Source: a candidate division FCPU426 bacterium (lineage in GTDB: Bacteria; Oederibacteriota; PGYV01; Palsa-1178). From it: a stretch of 64,000 nucleotides of DNA. The translations under genes and the position numbers were made by a program. This document shows positions 50,151 through 60,400 of the stretch, one piece after another (the stretch's first letter is position 1; the number at the start of each line of letters is the position of its first letter). The notes under the pieces are model-generated. The model made no database searches, was not told the DNA's origin, and saw nothing but the letters and a program-made list of their open reading frames with translations. Location of the stretch: the NCBI GenBank assembly GCA_963840035.1, contig CAWIXE010000001.1:1056001-1120000 (forward strand), read 5' to 3'.

Positions 50151-50353
50151 ATCAGTGGGGTAAAATCATGTTAGGTAATTAAAGGGGTAAAATGTCCAAA
50201 CTTAGCTGGCTCAGTACATTGTCATATTTCACCATAAATTGGACACCTCGCCCTCCGAAATTACCTAACACTTTATCCAGACAAATATTACAATTTTCTA
50301 CATTTAGTCGCTAACTGATATTACCACCCTGAAATTCTCCTCAGAGGTAATAT
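50151..50353 (+). ncRNA. Candidate structured RNA, or structured mRNA for a 40-aa ORF at 50192-50314
   Basis: TGTTAGGTAATT/AATTACCTAACA, TGTCCAA/TTGGACA and ATCAGT/ACTGAT pairings, then a second hairpin ATATTACC..GGTAATAT. Confidence 0.35.
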
Positions 50354-50371
50354 AACATGACCCCCTGTTCT

Positions 50372-50893
50372 GTAGAGACGCCCCTCGTGGGCGTCTCAGG
50401 GCTGAGTTGGGGCATAATGGTAAGGAGGAAGGGGGTTTGTAAACGCAGAATATGTGCCTGACACCAAAACTGCGGTTAAACGGACACGGGAAAAATTCTA
50501 ATTTCTAAATCATAATGCATAAAACATCTATGTAGAGCTGCGTCTCAGGGCGGGCCTGCGTCTGAGAGGGGGCAAGCCCCCTCTCTACGGTGGTTGTAAA
50601 TATTTATAATCCTGTAGAGAGGCGGCTTGCTGCCTCTCTACAAGGAAGAACACAATCTGGCAAAGCCGGAAGTTGGGGTGCTATGTATTTTGTAGAGCCG
50701 CCGCTTGCATATGCCATGAGTCCTATAATATACTCATGCCATATACATATCGAATGGCTGCGGCTCAGGGCGGGATCCGCCTTTTTCCGGGGCTTCAACT
50801 GGCAAGCATAGGCCCGCCCATAATGCCGACTTTGAGCCGCAGCAAGCGGCGGCTCTACAAAGTCGGGTTGTAGGGGCGATTCACGAATCGCCC
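50372..50893. repeat. REP cluster: composite unit copy 3 plus four other GTAG palindromes
   Basis: GTAGAGACGCCCC (50372), GTGCCTGACACC (50454), GAGAGGGGGCAAGCCCCC (50564), GTAGAGCCGCCGCTTGC/GCAAGCGGCGGCTCTAC (50692-50858), GTAGGGGCGATTCACGAATCGCCC (50870). Confidence 0.85.
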
Positions 50894-50929
50894 AAAGGCT
50901 GGTTTTCAAACCATTCCCCTGAAAACCGC

Positions 50930-51075
50930 TTTACAAACCCCCCTTCATTATGTTATTATACGTTTCACTGTGCGGAATGCATGGGGGCTTTTTAAGCCTA
51001 CAAAACGCTGGGGTTTTTCGATTAGCCTACGGAATCCTGGCCGTTTTAACAAAAAGAAAGGTAATGGTGAAGGAA
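50930..51075 (+). promoter_or_regulatory. rpsO promoter and structured 5' leader (candidate S15 autoregulatory leader)
   Basis: TTTACA-N18-TATTAT with TG; leader hairpin AAAACG.CTGGGGTT...AATCCTGG.CCGTTTT. Confidence 0.45.
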
Positions 51076-51345
51076 ATGGCGTTAGTGAACGAGAAGAAAC
51101 AGGAACTGATTCAGAACTTTAAAGTGCACGAGAAAGATACGGGGTCCCCGGAAGTCCAGGTAGCAATCCTTACAACAAGGATACTGGAATTAACCGAGCA
51201 CCTCAAGAAACACAAGAAGGATTTAAGCTCAAGGCACGGACTGCTTCAGATGGTAAACAAAAGAAGGCGCCTGCTTGATTACTTAAAGACCAACGACTAC
51301 GACAGGTATAAAAACCTGATCGATAAATTAAAACTAAGAAAGTAA
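51076..51345 (+). CDS. rpsO: 30S ribosomal protein S15
   Basis: [32 protein letters not shown]; 89 aa. Confidence 0.98.
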   Translation: MALVNEKKQELIQNFKVHEKDTGSPEVQVAILTTRILELTEHLKKHKKDLSSRHGLLQMVNKRRRLLDYLKTNDYDRYKNLIDKLKLRK

Positions 51346-51354
51346 GGTAAACAA

Positions 51355-53469
51355 ATGGCATACATTAAAGAATCGGTTGAAATAGCCGGCAAGACGCTTA
51401 CCATTGAAACGGGTAAGATGGCAAAACAGGCGGGCGGAGCTGTCATCGTGACGCTCGGAGAGACCATGGTCATCTCCACTGTCTGCGCAAGCAAGGAAGC
51501 AAAAGAAGGGCAGGATTTCTTTCCTTTAACTGTTGAGTACAGGGAAAAATTCAACGCGGCGGGAAAAATCCCGGGCGGATTCTTCAAAAGGGAAGGAAAA
51601 GCGCGCGATAAGGAAACACTCACATGCCGCTTAATTGACAGGCCTTTAAGGCCCCTTTTCCCTGAAGGATATTTAAACGAAGTACAGATCATCAATTCCG
51701 TCATATCATTTGACGGGTTAAATGACCCGGACGTCCTTGCCATCATCGGCTCGGGCGCGGCCATTGACATCTCAGACATACCTTTTGACGGGCCCATCGG
51801 CGCCGTACGCGTCGGCAGGATTGACGGAAAGATAGTCATTAACCCGACAAACGAGGAAAAAGATTTATCTGATGTTGACGTAATCATCGCCGGCACAGAG
51901 CTGGCTGTCACCATGATAGAGGGCGAAGCAAAGGAACTCACAGAAGAGCAGATGCTCGAAGTTATCCTGGCAGGACACGCTGAAGTTAAAAAGATCGCGG
52001 CGTTTATAAAGAACCTCAGGTCAAAAGCGGGCAAGGCAAAACGCGAAGTTAAGCTCGTCGTTGTTAACCCGGAACTTAAGGCGCAGGTAAAGACTCTCGC
52101 CGAAGCCGGCATCATCACGGCCATGAAGGAACTTGACAAACTTAAAAGGCAGGACTTAATCGATGCGGTCAAGAACACTGCGAAAGAAAAACTCTTAGCC
52201 GAGTTTGGCGAAGAAGCCTACGCTAAAAAACTCAGGGACATCAAGATGGTCCTTGAAGAGATAGAAATGAACTCGCTGCGCGACAAAATCACAAAAGAAC
52301 ACATCAGGCCGGACGGAAGGAAGTTTGACGAGATCAGGCAGATAGACTGCGAGATCACGGTACTTCCCAGGACCCACGGTTCCGCGCTGTTCACAAGAGG
52401 GCAGACACAGGCTCTCGTTGTAGCAACGCTTGGTTCGGATGAAGACGCTCAGATACTTGATGACATCGAAGGCGAGTCAAAGAAGTCCTTTACCCTTCAG
52501 TATAACTTCCCGCCGTTTTCGGTCGGCGAAGTTAAGAGAATGGGAGGCCCGGGCAGGAGGGAAGTCGGCCACGGAGCGCTCGCTGAAAGGGCTATCAAAG
52601 CCATAATGCCGGACAGGGAATCATTCCCTTACACGGTACAGATAGTTTCAGACATACTTGAGTCAAACGGCTCGTCATCCATGGCATCGGTTTGCGGCGC
52701 GACATTGGCGCTCATGGACGCAGGAGTGCCTATTAAAAAAGCTGTCGCGGGCATCGCGATGGGTTTAATCGAGCAGGACGGAAAGTTCGCCATTTTAACC
52801 GACATCCAGGGCGCCGAGGACCATTTCGGCGATATGGATTTCAAGGTGGCGGGCACGAAAGACGGCATAACAGCCATCCAGATGGACATTAAGATAAAGG
52901 GCGTAACTCCCCAGCTGATGAAGGACGCGCTCGAGCAGGCGAGGAAAGCCAGGCTCTTCATACTTGAAGAGAAGATCTTAAAATGCATAGCAGAGCCGAA
53001 GAAGGAAATGTCCCAGTACGCCCCGAAGATGACGGTCATCATGATTAATAAAGAGAAGATCAAGTCATTAATCGGGCCGGGCGGAAAGAATATCAAGCGC
53101 ATAGTTGAGGAAACAGGCGCGAAGATAGACATAGAGCAGGACGGTTCCGTAAAAGTATTCGCGGCCAACGGTGAAGTGCTTGCCATGGTTGAGAAGATGG
53201 TCGGCGAGCTCGCCGGATACCCTGAAATTGGAAAACTCTACATGGGCGAAGTCATCAAGATAATGGCGTTCGGCGCGTTTATCGAAGTTATGCCGGGCAC
53301 CGAGGGCTTATGCCACATCTCCGAGATATCGGAGCAGAGGGTGAACAAAGTCGAGGACGTCATGAAAGAGGGCGACAAGTTCTGGGTAAAAGTAAAAGGC
53401 ATAGACGAGCGTACAGGCAAGATATCGCTCTCGAAAAAAGAAGCCGATAAGGAACTTGGCAGCAAGTAA
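51355..53469 (+). CDS. pnp: Polynucleotide phosphorylase
   Basis: FFPLTVEY, GKIPGGFFKREG, RRE.GHG.LA, SNGSSSMAS, GDMDFKVAGT, KH and S1 domains. Confidence 0.98.
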   Translation: MAYIKESVEIAGKTLTIETGKMAKQAGGAVIVTLGETMVISTVCASKEAKEGQDFFPLTVEYREKFNAAGKIPGGFFKREGKARDKETLTCRLIDRPLRPLFPEGYLNEVQIINSVISFDGLNDPDVLAIIGSGAAIDISDIPFDGPIGAVRVGRIDGKIVINPTNEEKDLSDVDVIIAGTELAVTMIEGEAKELTEEQMLEVILAGHAEVKKIAAFIKNLRSKAGKAKREVKLVVVNPELKAQVKTLAEAGIITAMKELDKLKRQDLIDAVKNTAKEKLLAEFGEEAYAKKLRDIKMVLEEIEMNSLRDKITKEHIRPDGRKFDEIRQIDCEITVLPRTHGSALFTRGQTQALVVATLGSDEDAQILDDIEGESKKSFTLQYNFPPFSVGEVKRMGGPGRREVGHGALAERAIKAIMPDRESFPYTVQIVSDILESNGSSSMASVCGATLALMDAGVPIKKAVAGIAMGLIEQDGKFAILTDIQGAEDHFGDMDFKVAGTKDGITAIQMDIKIKGVTPQLMKDALEQARKARLFILEEKILKCIAEPKKEMSQYAPKMTVIMINKEKIKSLIGPGGKNIKRIVEETGAKIDIEQDGSVKVFAANGEVLAMVEKMVGELAGYPEIGKLYMGEVIKIMAFGAFIEVMPGTEGLCHISEISEQRVNKVEDVMKEGDKFWVKVKGIDERTGKISLSKKEADKELGSK

Positions 53470-53472
53470 AAG

Positions 53473-54528
53473 ATGAAGAACCATCACCGTGCAAGCGGAA
53501 AGGTTTTTCATGAAGATAAGCTCCTTTTCCCGGGTAAGATTACCAGGGGAGAAGGCGCCGTCAGTGAAATAAACGCGGGGCCCTACAGGGCCCCGTTTTT
53601 ATTTTCCGACAGTTACGTGATGAGGGAATACGCCAAGCCTGTTTTTTCAAACAATCCGGATCTTAAACAGATTATTTTCTCCGGGCAGGTATGGCCGGGC
53701 GAATCATACAGGGTCAAAAGGATACTGGCTGAAGCCGGTGCCGACTGCCTTATAGCCATGGGCGGGGGAAAGGTCATGGACCTGGCAAAACTGATGAAAA
53801 AAGAGATGCCCGCGATGAAACTTATAGCGGTTCCCACGTCAGCCGCCACGTGCGCAGCCATGACACCTGTGGCTGTCATGTATGACAAAGACGGGGCTTA
53901 CGCGGACACGCTGGACACGCCGGTGCCTGATGAGGTCGTGATGGACTATGAAATATTTTATAAGCTTCCAATGCCGTTTTTCGCGGCCGGCGCGGCCGAT
54001 GCCATGGCAAAGTATTACGAGACTTCAGCCGCCCAGAAAAAACACAGGACAAAGAACGGCAGGGCGGTATTAAAGGCGGCCCTGGCGTGCAAGGAAATGC
54101 TCAAGGAACTTATATTCTTAAAATGGGAAAACCCGGACAATGATGTAAAAAGGCAGCTCGCAGAACTTAATATAATCACATCCGGCATGATATCCTGCGG
54201 CGGAAGGTTTGAGATAACCGGACTCATGGCGCACTGCGCCGCGCATGCCATGACGCACATACCATCTTGCAGGGAATACCTTCACGGAGAGCACGCTGCG
54301 GCAGGGCTTATCCTCCAGGAAGGCATATTAAATAACAAAAAGAATATTTCCGAACTTCAGGTAATCTTCAGCATTATCGACGCGCCCCTGAACCTTGCGT
54401 CAGTGGGAATGAAAAAAAGCGACCTTAAGGCTTTTTTTGAGGCATACGAAAAGATCAGCCAAAGGGAAAAAATATACCTTTATAGCCCTAAAAAACTGTT
54501 GTATAATAATCTGGAAGCGTATTTATAA
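53473..54528 (+). CDS. Iron-containing alcohol / glycerol dehydrogenase family protein
   Basis: GGGKVMDLAK, VPTSAATCA, DAMAKYYE, AH..AH..LHGE. Confidence 0.8.
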   Translation: MKNHHRASGKVFHEDKLLFPGKITRGEGAVSEINAGPYRAPFLFSDSYVMREYAKPVFSNNPDLKQIIFSGQVWPGESYRVKRILAEAGADCLIAMGGGKVMDLAKLMKKEMPAMKLIAVPTSAATCAAMTPVAVMYDKDGAYADTLDTPVPDEVVMDYEIFYKLPMPFFAAGAADAMAKYYETSAAQKKHRTKNGRAVLKAALACKEMLKELIFLKWENPDNDVKRQLAELNIITSGMISCGGRFEITGLMAHCAAHAMTHIPSCREYLHGEHAAAGLILQEGILNNKKNISELQVIFSIIDAPLNLASVGMKKSDLKAFFEAYEKISQREKIYLYSPKKLLYNNLEAYL

Positions 54529-54550
54529 GGCGAGGGCAAGATAAAGGCAG

Positions 54551-54605
54551 TTTTAAGTTTGAGGTTTTAAGATGGTTTTTATCTTGAAACTTAAAACTTC
54601 AAATT
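54551..54605. repeat. Heptamer TTTTAAG/CTTAAAA inverted repeat
   Basis: TTTTAAGTTTGAGGTTTTAAGAT...ATCTTGAAACTTAAAACTTCAAA. Confidence 0.6.
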
Positions 54606-54633
54606 GATTTCATCCGTTCCACCGAGGGATTAC

Positions 54634-55096
54634 ATGCCGGAAAAAAAGAACAAAAGCGCTGATAAGGACGTTGTTAATAACGCCGGAGAAAACCAGGACA
54701 TAGACGGTATATTTAAGGATATAACCGCGGGCGATAAATTCATTAACGTGCCTAAAACACTCATGAAAAAGGAAGAGTGGGGAATGCTTACCGTGTTATC
54801 CCTGCTTTTGGCCGGGATTTTCCCCGCTTATTTTGTCAACATACTCCTCATATCCTTTTTCACGGAAGTCGGACATTTTTTTACAACGCACATCACGGAA
54901 GTCGAGAAGAAAAAGGCTCCTTGAGTTTGAGCGCGAGTTCAGGGCCGGATATGACATGGAAAAAGAGGAAAAGTGGAAGGAAGCCATCGCACTTTACGAG
55001 TCGCTAATCCCGCTATTTAAGGATAACCCGAAAATAGCGGCCATTGCCATACAGCGGGTGGAATGGATAGAAAAAAACCACCCGGACAAGGGATGA
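54634..55096 (+). CDS. Hypothetical membrane protein with C-terminal TPR-like helices; +1 frameshift in the A run at 54910-54914
   Basis: Removing one A joins ...TEVEKK to RLLEFEREF...[11 protein letters not shown] (track ORFs 54604-54924 and 54833-55096). Confidence 0.65.
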
Positions 55097-55097
55097 A

Positions 55098-56930
55098 ATG
55101 TTCTGCGTAAACTGCGGCGTCAAGCTTGAGAAGGAAACAAAGTTTTGCGCCAAGTGCGGCAAGCCGGTTAAAAGCGCGGCTGAAGCCGCGGAAGACATAC
55201 TCTCATCGTTCAGAAAAAAACAGTATGACGGCCTCATGGAAAAAGTCAAAGCCATTGAATCCTCCCTGGATCCGGATTTTGCCGGAAAATTAAAGGGGGA
55301 CCTTGCTTTTGTAAAAGGCAACTACCGCGATGCCAATGATTACTACCACAAACTTTCAAAAAAAGCGGTGTCATGGGACGTCAGGTTTAATCTGGCGCTC
55401 ATAGACCTCTCCAGCGGACGGCCAGCTGACGCCATCTCACACCTCCTTAAAATAACAAACCTTGACGTGGACGTTAAGTCCAGTCTTATGTATTCCGACC
55501 GTTATAAGGACACCAAGGCGCTTTTTAAGGATATCTACCTGTACCTTGGAGTACTGTACAGGAACACGAACAATCAGGAAAAGGCGGTAGATGCCTTTGA
55601 AAAAGCCGTGCAGTACGACCCGGACAACGAACTGGCGCACGCAAACCTGGGCGATATTATGTTTAAAGAGGACAATTACGACAGCGCGATAAAGTATTAC
55701 AAACTGGCGGTAAAGGCTGGCGATGACCCGTTAAAAAAATCACACCTTTATAACGACCTGGGGCTCGCGTATTTCAGGAAAGGGCTTATAGAAGAGGCCA
55801 TAAGCAGTTTCAAAAACGCGATTCTCCTTAATTCCGACAACAAAAACGCGGTATATAACCTGGGGCTTATTTACGTAAAAAGCGGCATGCAGGACAAGGT
55901 TAAGGACGATTACAAGGAATTTTTAAAGCACGGCAGCGGCGTGGATATAGTATTCAACCTTTCAAGGTCGATAATGGACGTGGCCAAGCATGAGAATACC
56001 GCGGATATGGGAGTGGATTTTATCGGATCGGATGAGTCCATAAGGAAAGCTAAGGAAATAATACACAAGGCCGCGGCCACTGACTCAACCGTTTTTATTA
56101 GCGGCGAGAACGGCACCGGAAAGGAGCTTGCCGCGCGCGGAATACACAGGTCCAGCAAAAGGGCTGATAAGCCATTTATAGTTGTAAACTGCGGGGCCCT
56201 GCCCGAGACCCTTCTTGAATCCGAACTTTTCGGGTATGAAAAAGGCGCGTTCACGGGCGCGGTAAAAGAAAAACCCGGCAGGTTTGAGCTTGCTGATAAA
56301 GGAACAGTATTTTTAGACGAGATAGGTGACATATCGCAGGCCATGCAGGTAAAGCTTCTGCGTTTTGTCCAGCAGAAGGAATTTGAGCGCGTAGGCGGAA
56401 CCTCCACTATCAAAGTGGATGTCAGGATAATCACAGCCACTAATAAGGACCTGAAAAGACTTGTGGCGGATGGAAAGTTCAGGGAAGACCTTTATTACAG
56501 GCTTTATGTCCTGCCGCTGCACATGCCCGCATTACGGGAGCGCGGCAGGGATGTGGTGGAGCTCGCGAATTATTTTCTGGCGAAGTTTGCAGGAAAAAAC
56601 TCAAGAGAATTCACCGGCTTTACTCCGGCAGCGCTTGAAGCAATAGCTGAATACAGCTGGCCGGGCAATGTCAGGCAGCTGGAGAATGTTATTGAGAGGA
56701 TAGTAACGCTCCATGACGGGCCCGAGGTAAAAGAAGAATACCTTCCGGATGAACTTAAACCGGGCGCGGCCGTAACGAAAGAGGCCGCGGCAGCTGAAAG
56801 TTCGGATGAGAAGAAAAAAGTAATCGATGCGCTTGCGTCCGTAAAAAATTCCAAGACCAGGGCCGCAAAAAAGTTAGGGATTTCAAGGGTTGGCCTCTGG
56901 AAAAAGATGAAGAAGTTAGGGATTGTTTGA
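55098..56930 (+). CDS. sigma54-dependent activator: zinc ribbon + TPR + AAA+ + Fis HTH
   Basis: CVNCG..FCAKCG, TPR repeats, [37 protein letters not shown]. Confidence 0.93.
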   Translation: MFCVNCGVKLEKETKFCAKCGKPVKSAAEAAEDILSSFRKKQYDGLMEKVKAIESSLDPDFAGKLKGDLAFVKGNYRDANDYYHKLSKKAVSWDVRFNLALIDLSSGRPADAISHLLKITNLDVDVKSSLMYSDRYKDTKALFKDIYLYLGVLYRNTNNQEKAVDAFEKAVQYDPDNELAHANLGDIMFKEDNYDSAIKYYKLAVKAGDDPLKKSHLYNDLGLAYFRKGLIEEAISSFKNAILLNSDNKNAVYNLGLIYVKSGMQDKVKDDYKEFLKHGSGVDIVFNLSRSIMDVAKHENTADMGVDFIGSDESIRKAKEIIHKAAATDSTVFISGENGTGKELAARGIHRSSKRADKPFIVVNCGALPETLLESELFGYEKGAFTGAVKEKPGRFELADKGTVFLDEIGDISQAMQVKLLRFVQQKEFERVGGTSTIKVDVRIITATNKDLKRLVADGKFREDLYYRLYVLPLHMPALRERGRDVVELANYFLAKFAGKNSREFTGFTPAALEAIAEYSWPGNVRQLENVIERIVTLHDGPEVKEEYLPDELKPGAAVTKEAAAAESSDEKKKVIDALASVKNSKTRAAKKLGISRVGLWKKMKKLGIV

Positions 56931-56937
56931 TTTTTTT

Positions 56938-56994
56938 GTAGGGGCAATTCATGAATTGCCCAACCAAGGCGGGCGATTCGTGAATCGCCCCTAC
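56938..56994. repeat. GTAG-type REP doublet
   Basis: GTAGGGGCAATTCATGAATTGCCC...GGGCGATTCGTGAATCGCCCCTAC. Confidence 0.8.
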
Positions 56995-57016
56995 AAAGGG
57001 CAGTTCCGGAACGGAT

Positions 57017-57076
57017 GTTATCTCAGTTAACACCTAGTTAACAATATGTTAACCAAGTTAACACCCTGGTGTTAAC
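57017..57076. promoter_or_regulatory. Array of five GTTAAC palindromes (candidate activator binding sites)
   Basis: GTTAAC at 57026, 57037, 57048, 57057 and 57071; GTTATC at 57017. Confidence 0.6.
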
Positions 57077-57115
57077 CAACCGAAAGAAACTCCTTATAAA
57101 TATAGCCTATAAATA

Positions 57116-57131
57116 TGGCATGTATATTGCT
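57116..57131 (+). promoter_or_regulatory. sigma54 -24/-12 promoter
   Basis: TGGCATGTATATTGCT (GG-N10-GC). Confidence 0.8.
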
Positions 57132-57162
57132 TATATAATCATGTAATTATAGGAGGCAATAT

Positions 57163-57348
57163 ATGACATATCAATGCGTAGTAAAAAAAGGCCATACTGG
57201 AGCGGGAAAGTATATAGAGCAGACAATTTATGTCGTAGCTAATGATGTATTGGAAGCTATGAAACTGGCCATGCAAAGGGGCGGCGTTAAAAAAGGCCGT
57301 GGTTATGAGTCGGGACAGAGTGTTGTGGAAGTTAAAAAAATAAATTAA
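57163..57348 (+). CDS. 61-aa basic hypothetical protein
   Basis: RBS AGGAGG, own promoter and terminator. Confidence 0.75.
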   Translation: MTYQCVVKKGHTGAGKYIEQTIYVVANDVLEAMKLAMQRGGVKKGRGYESGQSVVEVKKIN

Positions 57349-57350
57349 TT

Positions 57351-57427
57351 ATCAATTTTATATTTTCAATTTTCAATTAAACCGCTTAGGGCGGTTTTTT
57401 TTATTTGTATACAATTGAAAATTGTAT
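57351..57427 (+). terminator. Intrinsic terminator nested in a TTTTCAA/TTGAAAA heptamer inverted repeat
   Basis: AAACCGC-TTAGG-GCGGTTT followed by a T run (57379-57402). Confidence 0.75.
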
Positions 57428-60400
57428 TTAACGCATTATTTCAATATAATAACTCAGCGCCTTTGACTTCTCGTCAGTCGTAATCACTATCGTGTTCTTA
57501 TCCGGGGTGGAGAAATTTTTATATTCCGCTTTTATGTAGTTATTTGCGTCAAGGGTATGAATTTTGACTGACTTGAACCTGTTAACCTGTATGGTGCATT
57601 TGGAATATACGGGTTCGAGCAGGATGGGGGAAGAGCCGCCGTATATCAGCGACGTGTGCGTGGGGCTGTATTTTGTGCCTGTGTTATCCATGCGCGCTGT
57701 TGTATTAAGGGCCAATTTTGAAGAGGCGGCAATCGGCGACCCGTCAAGCGATACCAGAAATATTGAGGCGTACTCATTAGTTGATTTTACGCGGAAGTTC
57801 CTGAACTTAACACCGCTCTTTTCCGCGCCAAGGAAACCGATGGCGCCCTGTATCCTGTCGGAGACTGTCTGGAAGATGCCTTTCTTAAAGTTCCAGTAAA
57901 GTTCTCCGGTCAATGAAAGCGCCGCGTCCCGGGAAAGTTTGGGGTTGTATTTTTTGCTCTGTGCCGCCGGGTCAAAGGTTTTGGAGCATGCCATCATGAG
58001 CGGCGCCGTGATGTCGTCATTGACAAGCTTATACGAGGAGGATTTCGTGAAGAAAATATCGTCGTCCGACACATACTCCACAAGCTTCTCAGGGCTTTCC
58101 TTTATATAGCCGTTCCTGAATATCATCACGGCAGGGAGCCAGTTTGATAAGGTGTCGGGCCATACGGAGAAATCGGCAAAGTGGGCAAGGCTGTTTTTCC
58201 ACTCGAAATTTGAAAAATTAAACTGCAGGAAAGCGTCCCAGCCGTTTAAGGCGGCGTATGAAGCCATGATGACAGGCGCGCCGGCCCGGTATTCGTTCGG
58301 TATAAGGGAGTTCCACTCTGATACGGTGAAAGGCTTTTTATCCACGCGCGCGTGCGCGAGTTCGGTCACACAGTTGGATTTGGATTTTATCATGGGCAGG
58401 TTCTTAAATGAAATGTTTTCCTGCATGGTCCAGCCGCCTGAAGGGTGGTCCCAATAGCTGTGGCGGTCCACGAAGTCCAGCGAAGCGTTTACTTTTATAT
58501 CCGCGTCCCATGGCTCCCAGTGGTTGGAGCCTGTCACCAGGGCTTTTACGCCAAGGGATTTGATGAAATCATACATTCTGTGATAGAAGACATACTCGGT
58601 CTGGTAATAAAATTCCTTTGTATCGGCGCCGCGGCCGAGGCAGTTTGATTCAAACATGGTCTTTAAATCTTCCCAGTTAACCTTGAATTTTTCCCTTGCC
58701 ACGGTGCCATTATTGAAATCTTCGTAGGAGAGCAGGTCAGAGTCGCCTGATTTAGCCCACTCCTGCTTTAAGGCGTCCATTGTTTTGTATTTATCAAGAA
58801 GGAATTTGTTGAACATGGCGTCCAGTTTGACTTTATAGGCGGGCGGAAAGTCCTTGTTCCTGTCAGCGTAAAAAAGAGTTGATTCGTTGACGATTTCCAT
58901 GAATACAATTGCCGGTTCTTCCGTGTATTTGAGTTTTGTATACTGGTTCTCGTGCGTTAAAAGCGCGGTTATGTATTCTTTAGTGAGCGCCTGCAGCCTG
59001 TCGTCTATGAATATGACTTCTTTGAACCCGGCGGGTATGGAGGCGTAATTCTCCACGCCGTCGCCTGCTTTTGGCCTGCGGTGCACCAGAAGGTCCATAT
59101 AGACATATATGCCGGCGTCCTTTAATTTATAAATAAGATAATCGAGTTTTTCAAGGGACTCCGCCGATAAAGCGCGGGTATTTTCCTTTGAGTAGTCAAT
59201 GACGGACGGGTCGGCCCAGAACGCGTCCATATGATGCAGCCTGACCATGTTAACACCGAGTTTGGCAAGCCGTTTTACCATTTTATCGGTCTCAAAATGA
59301 TTCCTGAAGACATCGCCGGCGACCAGGTTTGTCCCCCAGAATTTCGCGGGTGTTAAGTCGTCAAAAACAGTTTTCCCTGAACCGGAAACAGTTATAAAGC
59401 CGTGTTTTCCGGCGGGCGCGTCAAGGGATGAGGTGAAGTCTATGACAGCGCCTTCCCGGAAATCGTCCTGCTCGAATTCAAAGGCGAACCAGTTGGACCT
59501 ATCCTCGGTTTTTGGGGCTAAAACTTTTAATATTTTTCCATTTTTATCGGTACCCTGTACTTTAAGATTATCTATCCATATGCTTCCAGTGCAGTTTAAA
59601 AGCCCTGCGCTGATTACCATGGTTTTTGTGCCGTCAGGGACCGGATAGTAATTTGACCATAGCGTCCATTCAGGCAGGTCGCCGGCTGATTCGCCTGTGA
59701 CAGGGGGCCATGCGTTATTGACCCGCGCCCCGGAGGCGTCATGGAACTCCACTGATATGCGGGCTTTTTCCCAAGCGTTTGTGCCCTGGACAACGCCTGA
59801 GACCTTGACATAGCCTGAAATGGTGACTGCTTTTATTTTTGGGTCCACGGTTATTTCCTGGGTGATCATGGAATAATTATATGAGGAATTTGTAATCTTA
59901 AAGCAAGTGGGGGAATTATAGCCGGGGGATTCAAAGGATGAGTCGCCCGCCACCCATCCGCCCCAGTAAAAGGGAAGGGTTGAGCCGAATTCCATGCCTC
60001 CGTTTAAAAGCTGGTTGTCATCCTCGCGGGTTATTTCCATGTTGTCGCCCGGTTCAACTGAGATGCTTTTTACATCCATTTCGCCTGAGCAGTTTGACAT
60101 TTCAAGTCCCAATCTGAGCTGCGCCGCGCCGTCAGGAACGTTAATTACATTTACTTTTTCAGACCAGTCAAATGAGCCTTTCCAGCGGCCAAGTTCAGGC
60201 CATCCGCCGAGCTGCGTGCCTTTCTTATCAAAAAAGAGGACCATTACGCGCGCCATTTCCCAGTCTTCTTTTCCCCTTATAACGCCATCTATTTTAATGG
60301 ATGCTTTTACAGTGACTTGTCTTATTTTTTCAGAGTCTATAGGTATATTCTGGTTTAGTGACAGGTAACGGGGATTATTGCCGTTAATGAGCCTTACACA

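Noticed and set aside
43476..50893. Possible CRISPR array
   Set aside because: Repeats are long, irregularly spaced GTAG palindromes without uniform spacers, and no cas genes are present
49785..50909. Short ORFs over REP clusters (also 5067-5252, 42040-42246, 43316-43788)
   Set aside because: They are translations of palindromic repeats and share repeat-derived peptides such as CREAASRLSTG
51297..53465. Long antisense ORFs over pnp and other conserved genes
   Set aside because: Shadows of codon bias in real genes on the opposite strand
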